The notes: generated from the sequence alone by a model not told the origin. 63,880 nt of DNA, filler included, from Vicugna vicugna (GCA_013265495.1; 79 parts of 76 records of this genome joined end to end with filler, not necessarily neighbours in it), one strand, 5' to 3'; shown: positions 48,734 to 61,104, numbered from the whole stretch's first letter. A program made the numbers and translations.

Positions 48734-51713
48734 NNNNNNNNNNNNNNNNNNNNNNNNNNNNNNNNNNNNNNNNNNNNTTAATTAATTAANNNNNNNNNNN
48801 NNNNNNNNNNNNNNNNNNNNNNNNNNNNNNNNNAGAGCAAGAAACTGGGAAAAGCCCTTGAGAATCTCTCTCGAAGTATTGCAATTTCAGATGAACTCGA
48901 TAAGTTGGAGAAAATGAAATTCAGAAGACAAGCAACGTTTCACAGTCACACAGGCCAAAACTGGTTCTGAAGCTGTAAATATGCTGATAGATTTTTTTTT
49001 TCCTGAAACATGCCCTTTGCCTTAGTCTGTCTTAATGGTAAATGTAGGTTTAAAACATAACCACATTGTTGCTAATTTTAATTCTTGCACTTTAAATGTG
49101 CAAGATGAATATGCCTTTCTAGTAATTTCAAAACATTAACTTGATTGCATGATTTCACAGCTTGAAAACTTTGATCTCCTGGCTCTGAGAACATAAATAC
49201 AGAAGGAATTCAGATTAGTTGCTGCATTATGTAGACACTTACTAAAATTTATCTGCTGCATTTTCACGTAGGCTAGGGAATCAGTATTAAGACATCCAAC
49301 TACTTTCTGTTGCTAACTATCACTTGGATAAATGTTCATCAAATATGTCTTAATCATGTTTCATATTTTGCTTTTGGTGTATATGTTTATATTAATTAAT
49401 GCTACATTGTATATATTGTAATATTGTTTTTGTATAATACTTGGAGAAATTGTAAAGACTCAGAAGACCAGGTCTAAATGTTTAAGGAATTGGTTCAAGA
49501 CTCTTGTAATATTACAAATTAAAAGCCTGTGTTTCTCAGAATCAAGATACTTTAAAAATACATTTTTTTCTCACTGTAAGACAAGTACATATTTATCCCA
49601 GAATGTTGAAAAGACAAGGAAATGCTAAAAGAAGAATTAAAATTACCTGTAGTTCTTCCATTCAGATAAAACCATTAAATTTTGGCTTATCATTGTTTTT
49701 CCCAACAAATCAAACAGTNNNNNNNNNNNNNNNNNNNNNNNNNNNNNNNNNNNNNNNNNNNNTTAATTAATTAANNNNNNNNNNNNNNNNNNNNNNNNNN
49801 NNNNNNNNNNNNNNNNNNTTTCTGCATCACCGTGGTGGTTCGACAGGCACACCGTGCTCGCACAGGCCTCGCTCCACAGCCCGAGGCTTCTCTTGATAGG
49901 AGCTTGTCCAGAAAGTGCCTCTGGGCAACTGTGGCGCCTGCAGTGCGGTCGGCGTTCTCCTGCTCCAGTCCTTACGGAGCTGCTGTGTGCGCCAGCCTCT
50001 CTCCTGAGCACTGCCGACGGAGCAGCGACGGCAGGGGACAAGGTCTCTGTCCACTCATCCTGTAGTGTGTGCTTGGTGTGCGGCACCCGCTCTTGCCATT
50101 AGGGCTTTTCTCCGTGTTCCCTCTGGAGTGACCCCAGCGTATTTGGAGGGAGGAAGCTCTCCAGCTGTGGCTGGTTGCAGGAGTCTGGAAGGGACAGCAG
50201 GGCCTGTGCCTCATGTGCACAGACTCCCTGCACTGGGGGCGCGTGTCTCCTCCTTCCTGGACCCTGGGCTGTGGATGCCACGGGTGAGGCTGCGTGCGTG
50301 AAGCCTGAACACGACTCAAGCAGAATCTGCCGAGGGTGTTGCTGTGGGACCTCTGTCTACAGACAGTTTAATGGCAAACTCAGTGTGGTGCTGATAGACA
50401 CTCATTTCTGGTTTAGACCAACTCTCTGGTTACTTGACACATGGTATTATCACCGCCAAGTTTGCAAAGTCTGATTCCCCATTAAGAGCAGTCAACTTTA
50501 GGAAGCAAGAGCGTTAGGAGGGTCTAAGAAGCCTCGTGCTAGTCTTTGCTTACAATGGAAAATAGACGAGAGCCTCACTCTTCCTAGATGATGGGATTAA
50601 TTCCATGTGCTCTGAGATACGGCAACACTCATCTTGCATTTGCACAGCTAGTGTGTAGTGCTATGGTGCGAGTGTGGTAGGGGTCAATTCGAAGTCATTT
50701 CTGAACTGTTGCTATTTATCCCACAATCAAATTATGNNNNNNNNNNNNNNNNNNNNNNNNNNNNNNNNNNNNNNNNNNNNTTAATTAATTAANNNNNNNN
50801 NNNNNNNNNNNNNNNNNNNNNNNNNNNNNNNNNNNNGGAGGGGAGCTGCAGAGATGGGGAGAAAGCGTTTTACCTCTGGGGCACCACAAAGGAGGCAGCA
50901 GTCCCGCCTATGCACCTTTCTTTAACCCTTCAATGCCCACAGCTCATATTTTACGTCCCTGGCCCAGCCCTCCAGCTAAGGTCTCTGCAGAAATCTCACC
51001 CGTTGCCCCCACAAGGAGCTGGGTTTACTGTTGCTCCGGGAACCAAGCACCCGCAGGTGTCGCTCAGAACTACCTTGGGAAGAGTACACATTCCTGTTTT
51101 ACACGCTGGGAAACAGGGAGGCAGGATCTCTGCCTTAGCTTCACTGTCCCAAGTNNNNNNNNNNNNNNNNNNNNNNNNNNCGGGAGGTAAAATGTCAGAG
51201 CCCCAGAAGGAGCAGACTGCCTGAGTGTTGGTGCATAGTCCCCATCCCTCCTGAGTAAACCACACCCCAAATTTGGGGAATAATCAAGGGCTCACAGTAG
51301 GCCCCTGTGTGTGGGANNNNNNNNNNNNNNNNNNNNNNNNNNNNNNNNNNNNNNNNNNNNTTAATTAATTAANNNNNNNNNNNNNNNNNNNNNNNNNNNN
51401 NNNNNNNNNNNNNNNNCTCAGCCTGGGGTTCCAGTGACAAGGTCTTTCCTTGCAGGTATCCGCTGACTTCCCTCAGCCCCTCCAATAGGGAGGTGCCCCT
51501 CAGGAGAGCGGGTGTGAGGTCCCCTCCTGCTCCCTGGTACCCTGGGATCCCAGGACCAGGCTGTGTCCTACTCCCCTCTGCACCCAGCCCCCAGCCCAGT
51601 GCCAGGAACATGGGACAGGCTCTCAAAGGGGTTTGTCCTTCTGGGGGCAGGGAGACAGGTCACCCAAGGAAGCATGAGCCTGAGCCAGTCTCCCCACTTT
51701 GATCCTTGAGCAG

Positions 51714-51816
51714 GACGAGGACCCAGACGCCCCGAAGCCTGTGAGCTTCACAGTGAAGGAGACCGTGTGTCCCGACACAGCTGCCACCGGAGCAGTGTGC
51801 CTTCAAGGAGAATGGG
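51714..51816 (+). pseudogene. Cathelicidin (cathelin domain) exon 2 with 5-nt frameshifting deletion; flanking introns span 51417-51947
   Basis: cag|GACGAGGAC...AATGGG|gtgagg; encodes DEDPDAPKPVSFTVKETVCP then, in a shifted frame, QLPPEQCAFKENG; exon is 103 nt against the usual 108 nt. Confidence 0.88.
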
Positions 51817-52047
51817 GTGAGGCTGGGGGCTTAGGGCGCTGGTGGGTGCCTCCCAAGGACCCGAACAGGAGGTTTGGGGTGGGTGGTGGTTAGCAGCTCC
51901 TGGGGTGAGGAGGGGTGTTTATGGCTCATGGGTTCCAGTGTGACCTGNNNNNNNNNNNNNNNNNNNNNNNNNNNNNNNNNNNNNNNNNNNNTTAATTAAT
52001 TAANNNNNNNNNNNNNNNNNNNNNNNNNNNNNNNNNNNNNNNNNNNN

Positions 52048-52811
52048 GTGTGTGCTGGACGTGGGGAAACATAGCACACGCATTTTCCAGGGTTCACAGG
52101 GAATCCAAAGTTGTAGGTTGTAGTTTAAACATCTCCACTACCCATGGAGAGCCACACGCTAATACTTAGTTTTAGATCCCAAATCCCACTTTCAACCACA
52201 CACTGGCCTAGCAAACCATCAGGGAAGACAAGCAAAGGGATTCTATTAAAACCAAGACGCTGATGTCATTTGGAGGAACTACCCCACCCTCAGGATACTG
52301 GAACCCAACCTTGTGTGGTGGGGAGATTTGCAGACCCACTCCACGCAGATGAATGGGTGCTCAGGTGTTTCCCTTTATGGAGAATTCATCTAAATACTTC
52401 CTCATTCCATCGGGGACACTCGCTACTATTTGGCCTCAAAGCCCAAACCCCAGGTTTCTCTCAGAGTCAGTCCTAGGGAAACACTCAGNNNNNNNNNNNN
52501 NNNNNNNNNNNNNNNNNNNNNNNNNNNNNNNNNNNNNNNNNNNNNNNNNNNNNNNNNNNNNNNNNNNNNNNNNNNNNNNNNNNNNNNNNNNNNNNNNNNN
52601 NNNNNNNNNNNNNNNNNNNNNNNNNNNNNNNNNNNNNNNNNNNNNNNNNNTTAATAACCTCCAAATCCCATGGAGAAGCACTCGCTAATACTTGGATTTA
52701 GAGCCCAACCCACCCTTTCTCCAGCACTCCGTATCAGGCAACCAAACAGGGTAGACAAGTTAATCAATTTTATAAGAACCAAGGCACTGCTCTCAGTTGG
52801 AGGAGGCTGCC
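52048..52811. repeat. Satellite family D (gapped)
   Basis: Close reverse-complement paralogue of 59959-60685. Confidence 0.88.
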
Positions 52812-52911
52812 NNNNNNNNNNNNNNNNNNNNNNNNNNNNNNNNNNNNNNNNNNNNTTAATTAATTAANNNNNNNNNNNNNNNNNNNNNNNNNNNNNNNNN
52901 NNNNNNNNNNN

Positions 52912-54048
52912 AAGTCTATATTCAGTTTTCTGTATTCTATATTCTAAATTCTGTGTATGCATTTCATATTCTAATTTCTATATTCAGTATTCTGTATTCT
53001 ATAGTCTAAATTCTGGGTTCTGCATTCTATGTTCTAAATTTTATATTCAGTATTCTGTATTCTATATTCTAAATTCTGTGTTCTGCATTCCATGTTCTAA
53101 TTTCTTGGTTCTGTATTCTGTTTTCCATATTCTATATTCTGTATCCTATATTCTATATTCTGTATTCTATATTCTGCATTCTGTATTCTATATTCTATAT
53201 TGTGTGTTCTACTTTCTATATTCTAAATTCTATATTCTGCATTCTTTATTCTATAATCTAAATTATTTGTTCTACATTCTATATTCAAAATTCTATATTC
53301 AGTATTCTTTATTCTATATTCTAAATACTGTGTTCTGAATTCCATGTTCTAAATTCTGGGTTCTGTATTCTGTTTTCCATATTCTATATTCTGTGTTCTA
53401 CATTCTATATTCGAAATTCTATATTCAGTATTCTGTATTCTATATTCTTAATTCTGTGTTCTACATTCTATGTTGTAAATTTTGGTTTCTATATACTCTA
53501 ATCAATATTCTATATTCTGTGTTCTACATGCTATATTCTGTGTTCTATATTCTGCACCCCGTATTCTCTATTCTATATTCTGTGTTCTTCATTCTATATT
53601 CTAAATTTTATATTAAGTATTCTGTAATCTNNNNNNNNNNNNNNNNNNNNNNNNNNNNNNNNNNNNNNNNNNNNNNNNNNNNNNNNNNNNNNNNNNNNNN
53701 NNNNNNNNNNNNNNNNNNNNNNNNNNNNNNNNNNNNNNNNNNNNNNNNNNNNNNNNNNNNNNNNNNNNNNNNNNNNNNNNNNNNNNNNNNNNNNNNNNNN
53801 NNNNNNNNNNNNNNNNNNNNNNNNNNNNNNNNNNNNNNNNNNNNNNNNNNNNNNNNNNNNNNNNNNNNNNNNNNNNNNNNNNNNNNNNNNNNNNNNNNNN
53901 NNNNNNNNNNNNNNNNNNNNNNNNNNNNNNNNNNNNNNNNNNNNNNNNNNNNNNNNNNNNNNNNNNNNNNNNNNNNNNNNNNNGTTCTATATTCTCTGTT
54001 CTGTATTCTATATTCTGTGTTCTACAACCTATATTCTTAATTATATAT
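52912..54048 (-). repeat. Satellite family B (reverse, gapped)
   Basis: Heptamer periodicity. Confidence 0.95.
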
Positions 54049-54148
54049 NNNNNNNNNNNNNNNNNNNNNNNNNNNNNNNNNNNNNNNNNNNNTTAATTAA
54101 TTAANNNNNNNNNNNNNNNNNNNNNNNNNNNNNNNNNNNNNNNNNNNN

Positions 54149-54532
54149 CATGTGAGATATAGATAACATAATAAATTCTTAGTCATTGCCATAACAAAAA
54201 ATAAAATTCTTCCATTTGGAACAATGTGACTGGATCCAGAGTGTGTTGTATATATGAAAATAAGTCAAAAAGAGATAAACACTCTTAGTTATCACTTCCA
54301 TGAGGTAACTAAAGATAAGAGAAGTAATCATAAATAAACAGGAACAGAATCACATATATATGTGTAGTGTACCAAGTAGTGGTTACCTATGGGGACAGTC
54401 AAGAAGGATGAGGAAGACAGAAATATGCAAGCTACTAGTTATAAATTAGAGAAGCAACCAGACTATATTTACAGCACAGAGAAATAATTTAATAATTTAG
54501 ATTATTTTAAAGAGATTATAGGCATATATTAT
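54149..54532 (+). mobile_element. Highly decayed LINE-1 3' region
   Basis: tagtcattgccataacaaaaaataaaattcttccatttggaacaatgtg...aataagtcaaaaagagataaaca...tacagcacagagaa. Confidence 0.6.
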
Positions 54533-54649
54533 NNNNNNNNNNNNNNNNNNNNNNNNNNNNNNNNNNNNNNNNNNNNTTAATTAATTAANNNNNNNNNNNN
54601 NNNNNNNNNNNNNNNNNNNNNNNNNNNNNNNNGAACAACGAAGTAAAAC

Positions 54650-54800
54650 AAAAGCCAAAGCATAAGCACTTTTCAAGGTTCTCCTTGTGTCACATGTATT
54701 GTTGTCCCATTGTCCAAAGCAAGTCACATGGTCAAGCCAAGTGTAAACGGACATTAGTCTTTCCAAGAACATGGACATGAACAGTTGTGAACAGCTCAAG
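54650..54800. mobile_element. MLT1-type (MaLR) LTR relic
   Basis: gtcccattgtccaaagcaagtcacatggtcaagcc motif. Confidence 0.6.
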
Positions 54801-55247
54801 AGCTTCAGTCAGATCTTTATATTGTACTAGTTGAACCAAATTAATATATTACTTAACACATGCATTTCCTTTATCTATTCATTCATTGGTGTGTTCAAAA
54901 ACTCGTTCGTTAAATTAATGGTAAAAGGTAGAAGAATTGAAACACATAGAATCATGTCCTAAGACAAGTTTTCTATTCTTTACTTCTCTACTCTAATTTA
55001 AATATTTGGAATGGAATGCTTGGGTTTGCAGCAGAAAAAAGATAGGATGGCTTGTCTTCCAGTGGCATTTTGAGTCCACACACACTCACAACCATGTGAA
55101 ACTAGAACAGAGAGATCCATGATGAAATACAAGAAGAACAACTTTAANNNNNNNNNNNNNNNNNNNNNNNNNNNNNNNNNNNNNNNNNNNNTTAATTAAT
55201 TAANNNNNNNNNNNNNNNNNNNNNNNNNNNNNNNNNNNNNNNNNNNN

Positions 55248-55417
55248 GAGGAAAAATATAGTTTTTAAATGACAGCATAAGCCAAGAAAATGTACAAATT
55301 AAATTCAGTGCCTATCAAAATGCCAAGGGCATTTTCAGACACTTAAAATAATTAATTCTAAAATTTACATGTAAACACAAAAGAATTGAAATCACTAAAA
55401 AAAAAAAAAAAAAAAAA

Positions 55418-55456
<39 letters not shown>

Positions 55457-56021
55457 TTAAAAAAGANNNNNNNNNNNNNNNNNNNNNNNNNNNNNNNNNN
55501 NNNNNNNNNNNNNNNNNNNNNNNNNNNNNNNNNNNNNNNNNNNNNNNNNNNNNNNNNNNNNNNNNNNNNNNNNNNNNNNNNNNNNNNNNNNNNNNNNNNN
55601 NNNNNNNNNNNNNNNNNNNNNNNNNNNNNNNNNNNNNNNNNNNNNNNNNNNNNNNNNNNNNNNNNNNNNNNNNNNNNNNNNNNNNNNNNNNNNNNNNNNN
55701 NNNNNNNNNNNNNNNNNNNNNNNNNNNNNNNNNNNNNNNNNNNNNNNNNNNNNNNNNNNNNNNNNNNNNNNNNNNNNNNNNNNNNNNNNNNNNNNNNNNN
55801 NNNNNNNNNNNNNNNNNNNNNNNNNNNNNNNNTATGTGCTGCACTGTGGAAAGAAACATGGAGATTTATCTAAAAAGAAAAAATGAAATATAATTCTACA
55901 TTTCCAGATCTGAATACTAATTCCAAGAAAATAAAGATACTAATTAGAAGAGATAAATTCAACCATATATTCACTACAGCATTATTCACAAAAGACAGGA
56001 TATACAAGCAAATTAATTGCT
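55248..56021 (+). mobile_element. Decayed LINE-1 ORF2 pieces with a ~58-nt A tract at 55397-55454
   Basis: aaattcagtgcctatcaaaatgccaagggcatttt...attctaaaatttacatg; tattcactacagcattattcacaa. Confidence 0.6.
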
Positions 56022-56121
56022 NNNNNNNNNNNNNNNNNNNNNNNNNNNNNNNNNNNNNNNNNNNNTTAATTAATTAANNNNNNNNNNNNNNNNNNNNNNN
56101 NNNNNNNNNNNNNNNNNNNNN

Positions 56122-56563
56122 TGAGTGTGGGGAGGTTCTTCCAAGTAACAGCAGCGCCTCGGGTCTGATACAATACCTTAACTTGTCTTACATGATGGCT
56201 TACCAAGGCCGGTGTGTGGGGGAAAGTTGGGATTGGGCTCTAAACCAAGTATTAGCGAGAGCCTATCCATGGGATGTGGGTGTTAGNNNNNNNNNNNNNN
56301 NNNNNNNNNNNNNNNNNNNCTGAAAGATGCTTTGACTCTGTTTCCCTACATCCAGCACACAAACGAAGATGTTTTCTGGTGTTCTGAGTCTGGGTAGGTT
56401 CCTCCAACTGACAGCAGCACCTGGGTCCTAATAGAATCCCTTAGCTTGACTTCCCTAAGTGTTTTCCTAGGCCTAGCAGTGAGCGATGGTGGGGGAAGGG
56501 CTCTAAAGCCAAGTATGTGCGAGTGCAACTCTGTGGGCATTGGAGGGTTTTAAACTACTTCCC
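56122..56563. repeat. Satellite family D
   Basis: ggttcctccaactgacagcagcacctgggtcctaatagaatcccttagctt. Confidence 0.85.
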
Positions 56564-56663
56564 NNNNNNNNNNNNNNNNNNNNNNNNNNNNNNNNNNNNN
56601 NNNNNNNTTAATTAATTAANNNNNNNNNNNNNNNNNNNNNNNNNNNNNNNNNNNNNNNNNNNN

Positions 56664-58064
56664 CCCAGACGCTGCTGTCATTTTAAGGAGCCCACCCACA
56701 CTAAGGATTTCTTAAAGTCTTCGTGTGTGTTCTGGGGGTGGGAAAGATATTCCATGCATCTTTATGGGGGCACAAGTGTTCCAAAGTTGGGGATTTGTTT
56801 TAAACATCTCCACTGTCCATAGAGGGGCACTCGCTAATCCTTGTCTTTAGGGCCCAACCCCCACATTCGCTCACAGCCCGGCCTAGGTAAACACTCAAGG
56901 AAGTCAAGCTAACGGATTCTATTAGACCTCAGGTGCTGCTGTCATTTGGAGGAAACTCCCCACATTCAGATTCCTCGTTTGTGTGCTGGAGGTGTGGAAA
57001 CAGAGTCCAGGCATCTTTCATGTGGCACATGTATTCCTACGTTGCTGGTTGTAGTTAAAATTTTTCAACTTCACTTGTAGATGCATTGGCTTATACTTGG
57101 TATTAGAGTCGAAACTCCACATTCCACTGCACTCCAGCATATGCAAACCATCAGGGAAGGCAAGTTAAGGGATTCAAGAACACAAGCGCTGCTGACAGTT
57201 GGCGGAACGTCCCAAAGTTCAGGATTCCGGAACCCAACATTTTGTGGCGTGGAGATGTGGAGCAAAAATCCAAGTAGATGAATGGGGTCACACTTGTTCC
57301 CAGTTAGGGAGAAGTCCTATAAATACTTCCACATTGCATCGGGGGGCAGTTGCTGATACTTGGCCCCAAGCCAAACTCCCAGCTTTCCCTCTAAGCCCGG
57401 CCTAGGGAAACACTCAAGGAAAACAATCTAAGGGATTCTATTAGAATCCAGGTGCTCCTGTCATGTGGAGGATCCTCCCCACTATCAGGATACCTGACCA
57501 CGTCTCCGTGTGTGTGCTGCAGGGGGGAAANNNNNNNNNNNNNNNNNNNNNNNNNNNNNNNNNNNNNNNNNNNNNNNNNNNNNNNNNNNNNNNNNNNNNN
57601 NNNNNNNNNNNNNNNNNNNNNNNNNNNNNNNNNNNNNNNNNNNNNNNNNNNNNNNNNNNNNNNNNNNNNNNNNNNNNNNNNNNNNNNNNNNNNNNNNNNN
57701 NNNNNNNNNNNNNNNNNNNNNNNNNNNNNNNNNNNNNNNNNNNNNNNNNNNNNNNNNNNNNNNNNNNNNNNNNNNNNNNNNNNNNNNNNNNNNNNNNNNN
57801 NNNNNNNNNNNNNNNNNNNNNNNNNNNNNNNNNNNNNNNNNNNNNNNNNNNNNNNNNNNNNNNNNNNNNNNNNNNNNNNNNNNNNNNNNNNNNNNNNNNN
57901 NNNNNNNNNNNNNNNNNNNNNNNNNNNNNNNNNNNNNNNNNNNNNNNNNNNNNNNNNNNNNNNNNNNNNNNNNNNNNNNNNNNNGTTAGTTGCACTCCCC
58001 CCACTCAAGACATCAGAATAAAATGTCGTGTGTGTGCTGCAGGAGGGAAACAGAGTCCACGCAT
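56664..58064. repeat. Satellite family D (gapped), monomers ~255-265 bp
   Basis: taa(c/g)ggattc...gctgctg landmarks near 56908, 57163 and 57426. Confidence 0.85.
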
Positions 58065-58164
58065 NNNNNNNNNNNNNNNNNNNNNNNNNNNNNNNNNNNN
58101 NNNNNNNNTTAATTAATTAANNNNNNNNNNNNNNNNNNNNNNNNNNNNNNNNNNNNNNNNNNNN

Positions 58165-58995
58165 TTCTTCCTATCAACAGTTCCAAGAATCACTCTTTGA
58201 TCCCAGAAACACCCTCTTTGAGCGAATTCTAAACTAGAGATATATAATTTGAATACATTCCATCTACATGATATTCCGTTTTCATTACATACTACATACA
58301 TGACTGATTTGACAAACATGCATTCCTGAGTTGAGAGCATGTGGATTACTAATCTTTCATCCTCTATAAAAGGAATATTTTCATCTAGAAACATGNNNNN
58401 NNNNNNNNNNNNNNNNNNNNNNNNNNNNNNNNNNNNNNNNNNNNNNNNNNNNNNNNNNNNNNNNNNNNNNNNNNNNNNNNNNNNNNNNNNNNNNNNNNNN
58501 NNNNNNNNNNNNNNNNNNNNNNNNNNNNNNNNNNNNNNNNNNNNNNNNNNNNNNNNNNNNNNNNNNNNNNNNNNNNNNNNNNNNNNNNNNNNNNNNNNNN
58601 NNNNNNNNNNNNNNNNNNNNNNNNNNNNNNNNNNNNNNNNNNNNNNNNNNNNNNNNNNNNNNNNNNNNNNNNNNNNNNNNNNNNNNNNNNNNNNNNNNNN
58701 NNNNNNNNNNNNNNNNNNNNNNNNNNNNNNNNNNNNNNNNNNNNNNNNNNNNNNNNNNNNNNNNNNNNNNNNNNNNNNNNNNNNNNNNNNNNNNNNNNNN
58801 NNNNNNNNNNNNNNNNNNNNNNNNNNNNNNNNNNNNNNNNNNNNNNNNNNNNNNNNNNNNNNNNNNNNNNNNNNCAAGTTACCTCTCTGAAATATTTACT
58901 TTGACTTCGTAGTTTCTGCCTATAACCAGTTTCAAGAATCACACTTTGTCCCCAGAAAAACCCTCTTGGAGCGTATTCTACCCTAGAGATATGTA
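58165..58995. repeat. Satellite family C (gapped)
   Basis: Same landmarks. Confidence 0.9.
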
Positions 58996-59095
58996 NNNNN
59001 NNNNNNNNNNNNNNNNNNNNNNNNNNNNNNNNNNNNNNNTTAATTAATTAANNNNNNNNNNNNNNNNNNNNNNNNNNNNNNNNNNNNNNNNNNNN

Positions 59096-59858
59096 CCAAG
59101 GTCAGGGAAGTTATTTCTCGGACTTCCGGGAACAGGGAACTCTTGTGACTAAAGAGAGCTGCGTGGAGCTGTCTCTCGAGATCCCCAACGCACTGACAAT
59201 AATACCGGAATCCTGAGCGTGGAGAGGTTCCACCAACGATCGGCAGCGCGTGGGTTCTTACGGAAAGCATAAGTTCGTCTCCCCTGAGAGGTTTCCTAAT
59301 GTCTCTGTGCCAGGGAATGCTAGGGGTGATTGCAGGATATCCCAGTGTCAGATGCTGCCTCCCCAAAGTCAGGAAAAGTATTTCTCAGACTTCCCCGAAC
59401 AATAAACACCTGTGACTGCAGAGAGCTGCGTGGAGTTGTCTCTCGAGCTCCCCCACGCACTGACAATGGTTCCGGAATCCTGAGCGTGGAGAGGTTCCAC
59501 CAACGGTAGACAGCGCGTGGGTTCTAACGGAATGCCCAAGCTCGCCTCCCTTGAATTTTTTCCTAATGTCTCTGTGCCAGGGAATGCTAGGGGTGATTGC
59601 AGGATATCCCAGGGTCAGAGGCTGCCTCCCCAAGGTCAGGGAAGATATTTCTCGGACTTCCGCGAACAAGGAACACCTGTGACTTAAGAGAGCTGCGTGG
59701 AGTGGTCTCTCGAGCTCCCCCACGCACTGACAATGGTTCCGGAATCCTGAGCGTGGGGAGGTTCCAACAACGGTCGGCAGCGCGAGGGTTCTAACGGAAT
59801 GCCTAAGACTCAACTGAGGGTTTTCCAAATGACTCTGTGCCAGTGAATGCTAGGGGTG
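59096..59858. repeat. Satellite family A, ~2.9 monomers
   Basis: Equivalent positions 59135, 59402 and 59669 (267-bp period). Confidence 0.96.
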
Positions 59859-59958
59859 NNNNNNNNNNNNNNNNNNNNNNNNNNNNNNNNNNNNNNNNNN
59901 NNTTAATTAATTAANNNNNNNNNNNNNNNNNNNNNNNNNNNNNNNNNNNNNNNNNNNN

Positions 59959-60685
59959 CTCCAACTGAGAGCAGGGCCTTGGTTCTTATAGAATCGCTTA
60001 ACTAGTCTACACTGTTTTGTTGCCTGATACGGAGTGCTGGGGAAATGGTGGGTTGGGCTCTAAATCCAGGAATTACCGAGTGCTTCTCCATGGGATTTGG
60101 AGGTTATTAACCAAAAACCCACAACATGTGAATACCTGTGCTCCTTGAAAAAAGCGTGGACTCTGTATCCCCACCACCAGAACACACATGAAGAAGATTT
60201 CTGCAATCCTGAGTGTGGGCTGGCAATTTCAGGTGACAGAAGCGCCTGGGTTCTAATAGAATTCCTTAGCTTGTAATCCCTGAGTGTTTCCCTAGGACTG
60301 ACTCTGAGAGAAAACTGGGGGTTGGGCTTTGAGGCCAAATAGTAGCGAGTAAGTGCCCCCCACTGAGGAAGTATTTAGATGAATTCTCCATAAAGGGAAA
60401 CACCTGAGCACCCATTCATCTGCGTGGACTGGGGCTTCAAATCTCCCCACCACACAAGGATGGGTTCCAGTATATTGAGGGTTGGGTAGTTCCTCCAACT
60501 GACATCAGCGTCTTGGTTTTAATAGAATCCATTTGTTTGTCTTCCCTGATGCTTTGCGTATGCCAGTGTGTGGTTGAAAGTGGGATTTGGGATCTAAAAC
60601 TAAGTATTAGCGTGTGCCTCTCCATGGGTATTGGAGATGTTTAAACTACAACCCACAACTTGGGAATTACTGTGACCCCTGAAAA
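59959..60685. repeat. Satellite family D, ~2.7 diverged monomers
   Basis: ggtt(c/t)t(a/t)ataga at 59981, 60249 and 60515 (spacings 268 and 266). Confidence 0.88.
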
Positions 60686-60785
60686 NNNNNNNNNNNNNNN
60701 NNNNNNNNNNNNNNNNNNNNNNNNNNNNNTTAATTAATTAANNNNNNNNNNNNNNNNNNNNNNNNNNNNNNNNNNNNNNNNNNNN

Positions 60786-61004
60786 CTGAGTGTTTCCCTA
60801 GGACTGACTCTGAGAGAAACCTGGGGGTTGGGCTTTGAGGCCAAATAGTAGCGAGTGTCCCCGATGGACTGAGGAAGTATTTAGATGGATTCTCCATAAA
60901 GGGAAACACCTGAGCACCCATTCATCTGCGTGGAGTGGGGCTTCCAAACTCCACACCAAACAAGGATGGGTTCCAGTATCCTGAGGGTGGGGTAGTTCCT
61001 CCAA
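60786..61004. repeat. Satellite family D
   Basis: Near copy of 60280-60498. Confidence 0.9.
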
Positions 61005-61104
61005 NNNNNNNNNNNNNNNNNNNNNNNNNNNNNNNNNNNNNNNNNNNNTTAATTAATTAANNNNNNNNNNNNNNNNNNNNNNNNNNNNNNNNNNNNNNNN
61101 NNNN

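Noticed and set aside
49819..51316. Clusters of short overlapping ORFs
   Set aside because: Expected by chance in GC-rich DNA; no domain or splice support.
3580..54040. Hydrophobic YSVFYIL-repeat ORFs resembling membrane proteins
   Set aside because: Translations of the T-rich strand of heptamer satellite B; 7-bp period is not codon-compatible and all frames give the same text.
1336..58942. Long ORFs (150-390 aa) in the ORF track
   Set aside because: Their length comes from X codons over N gaps.
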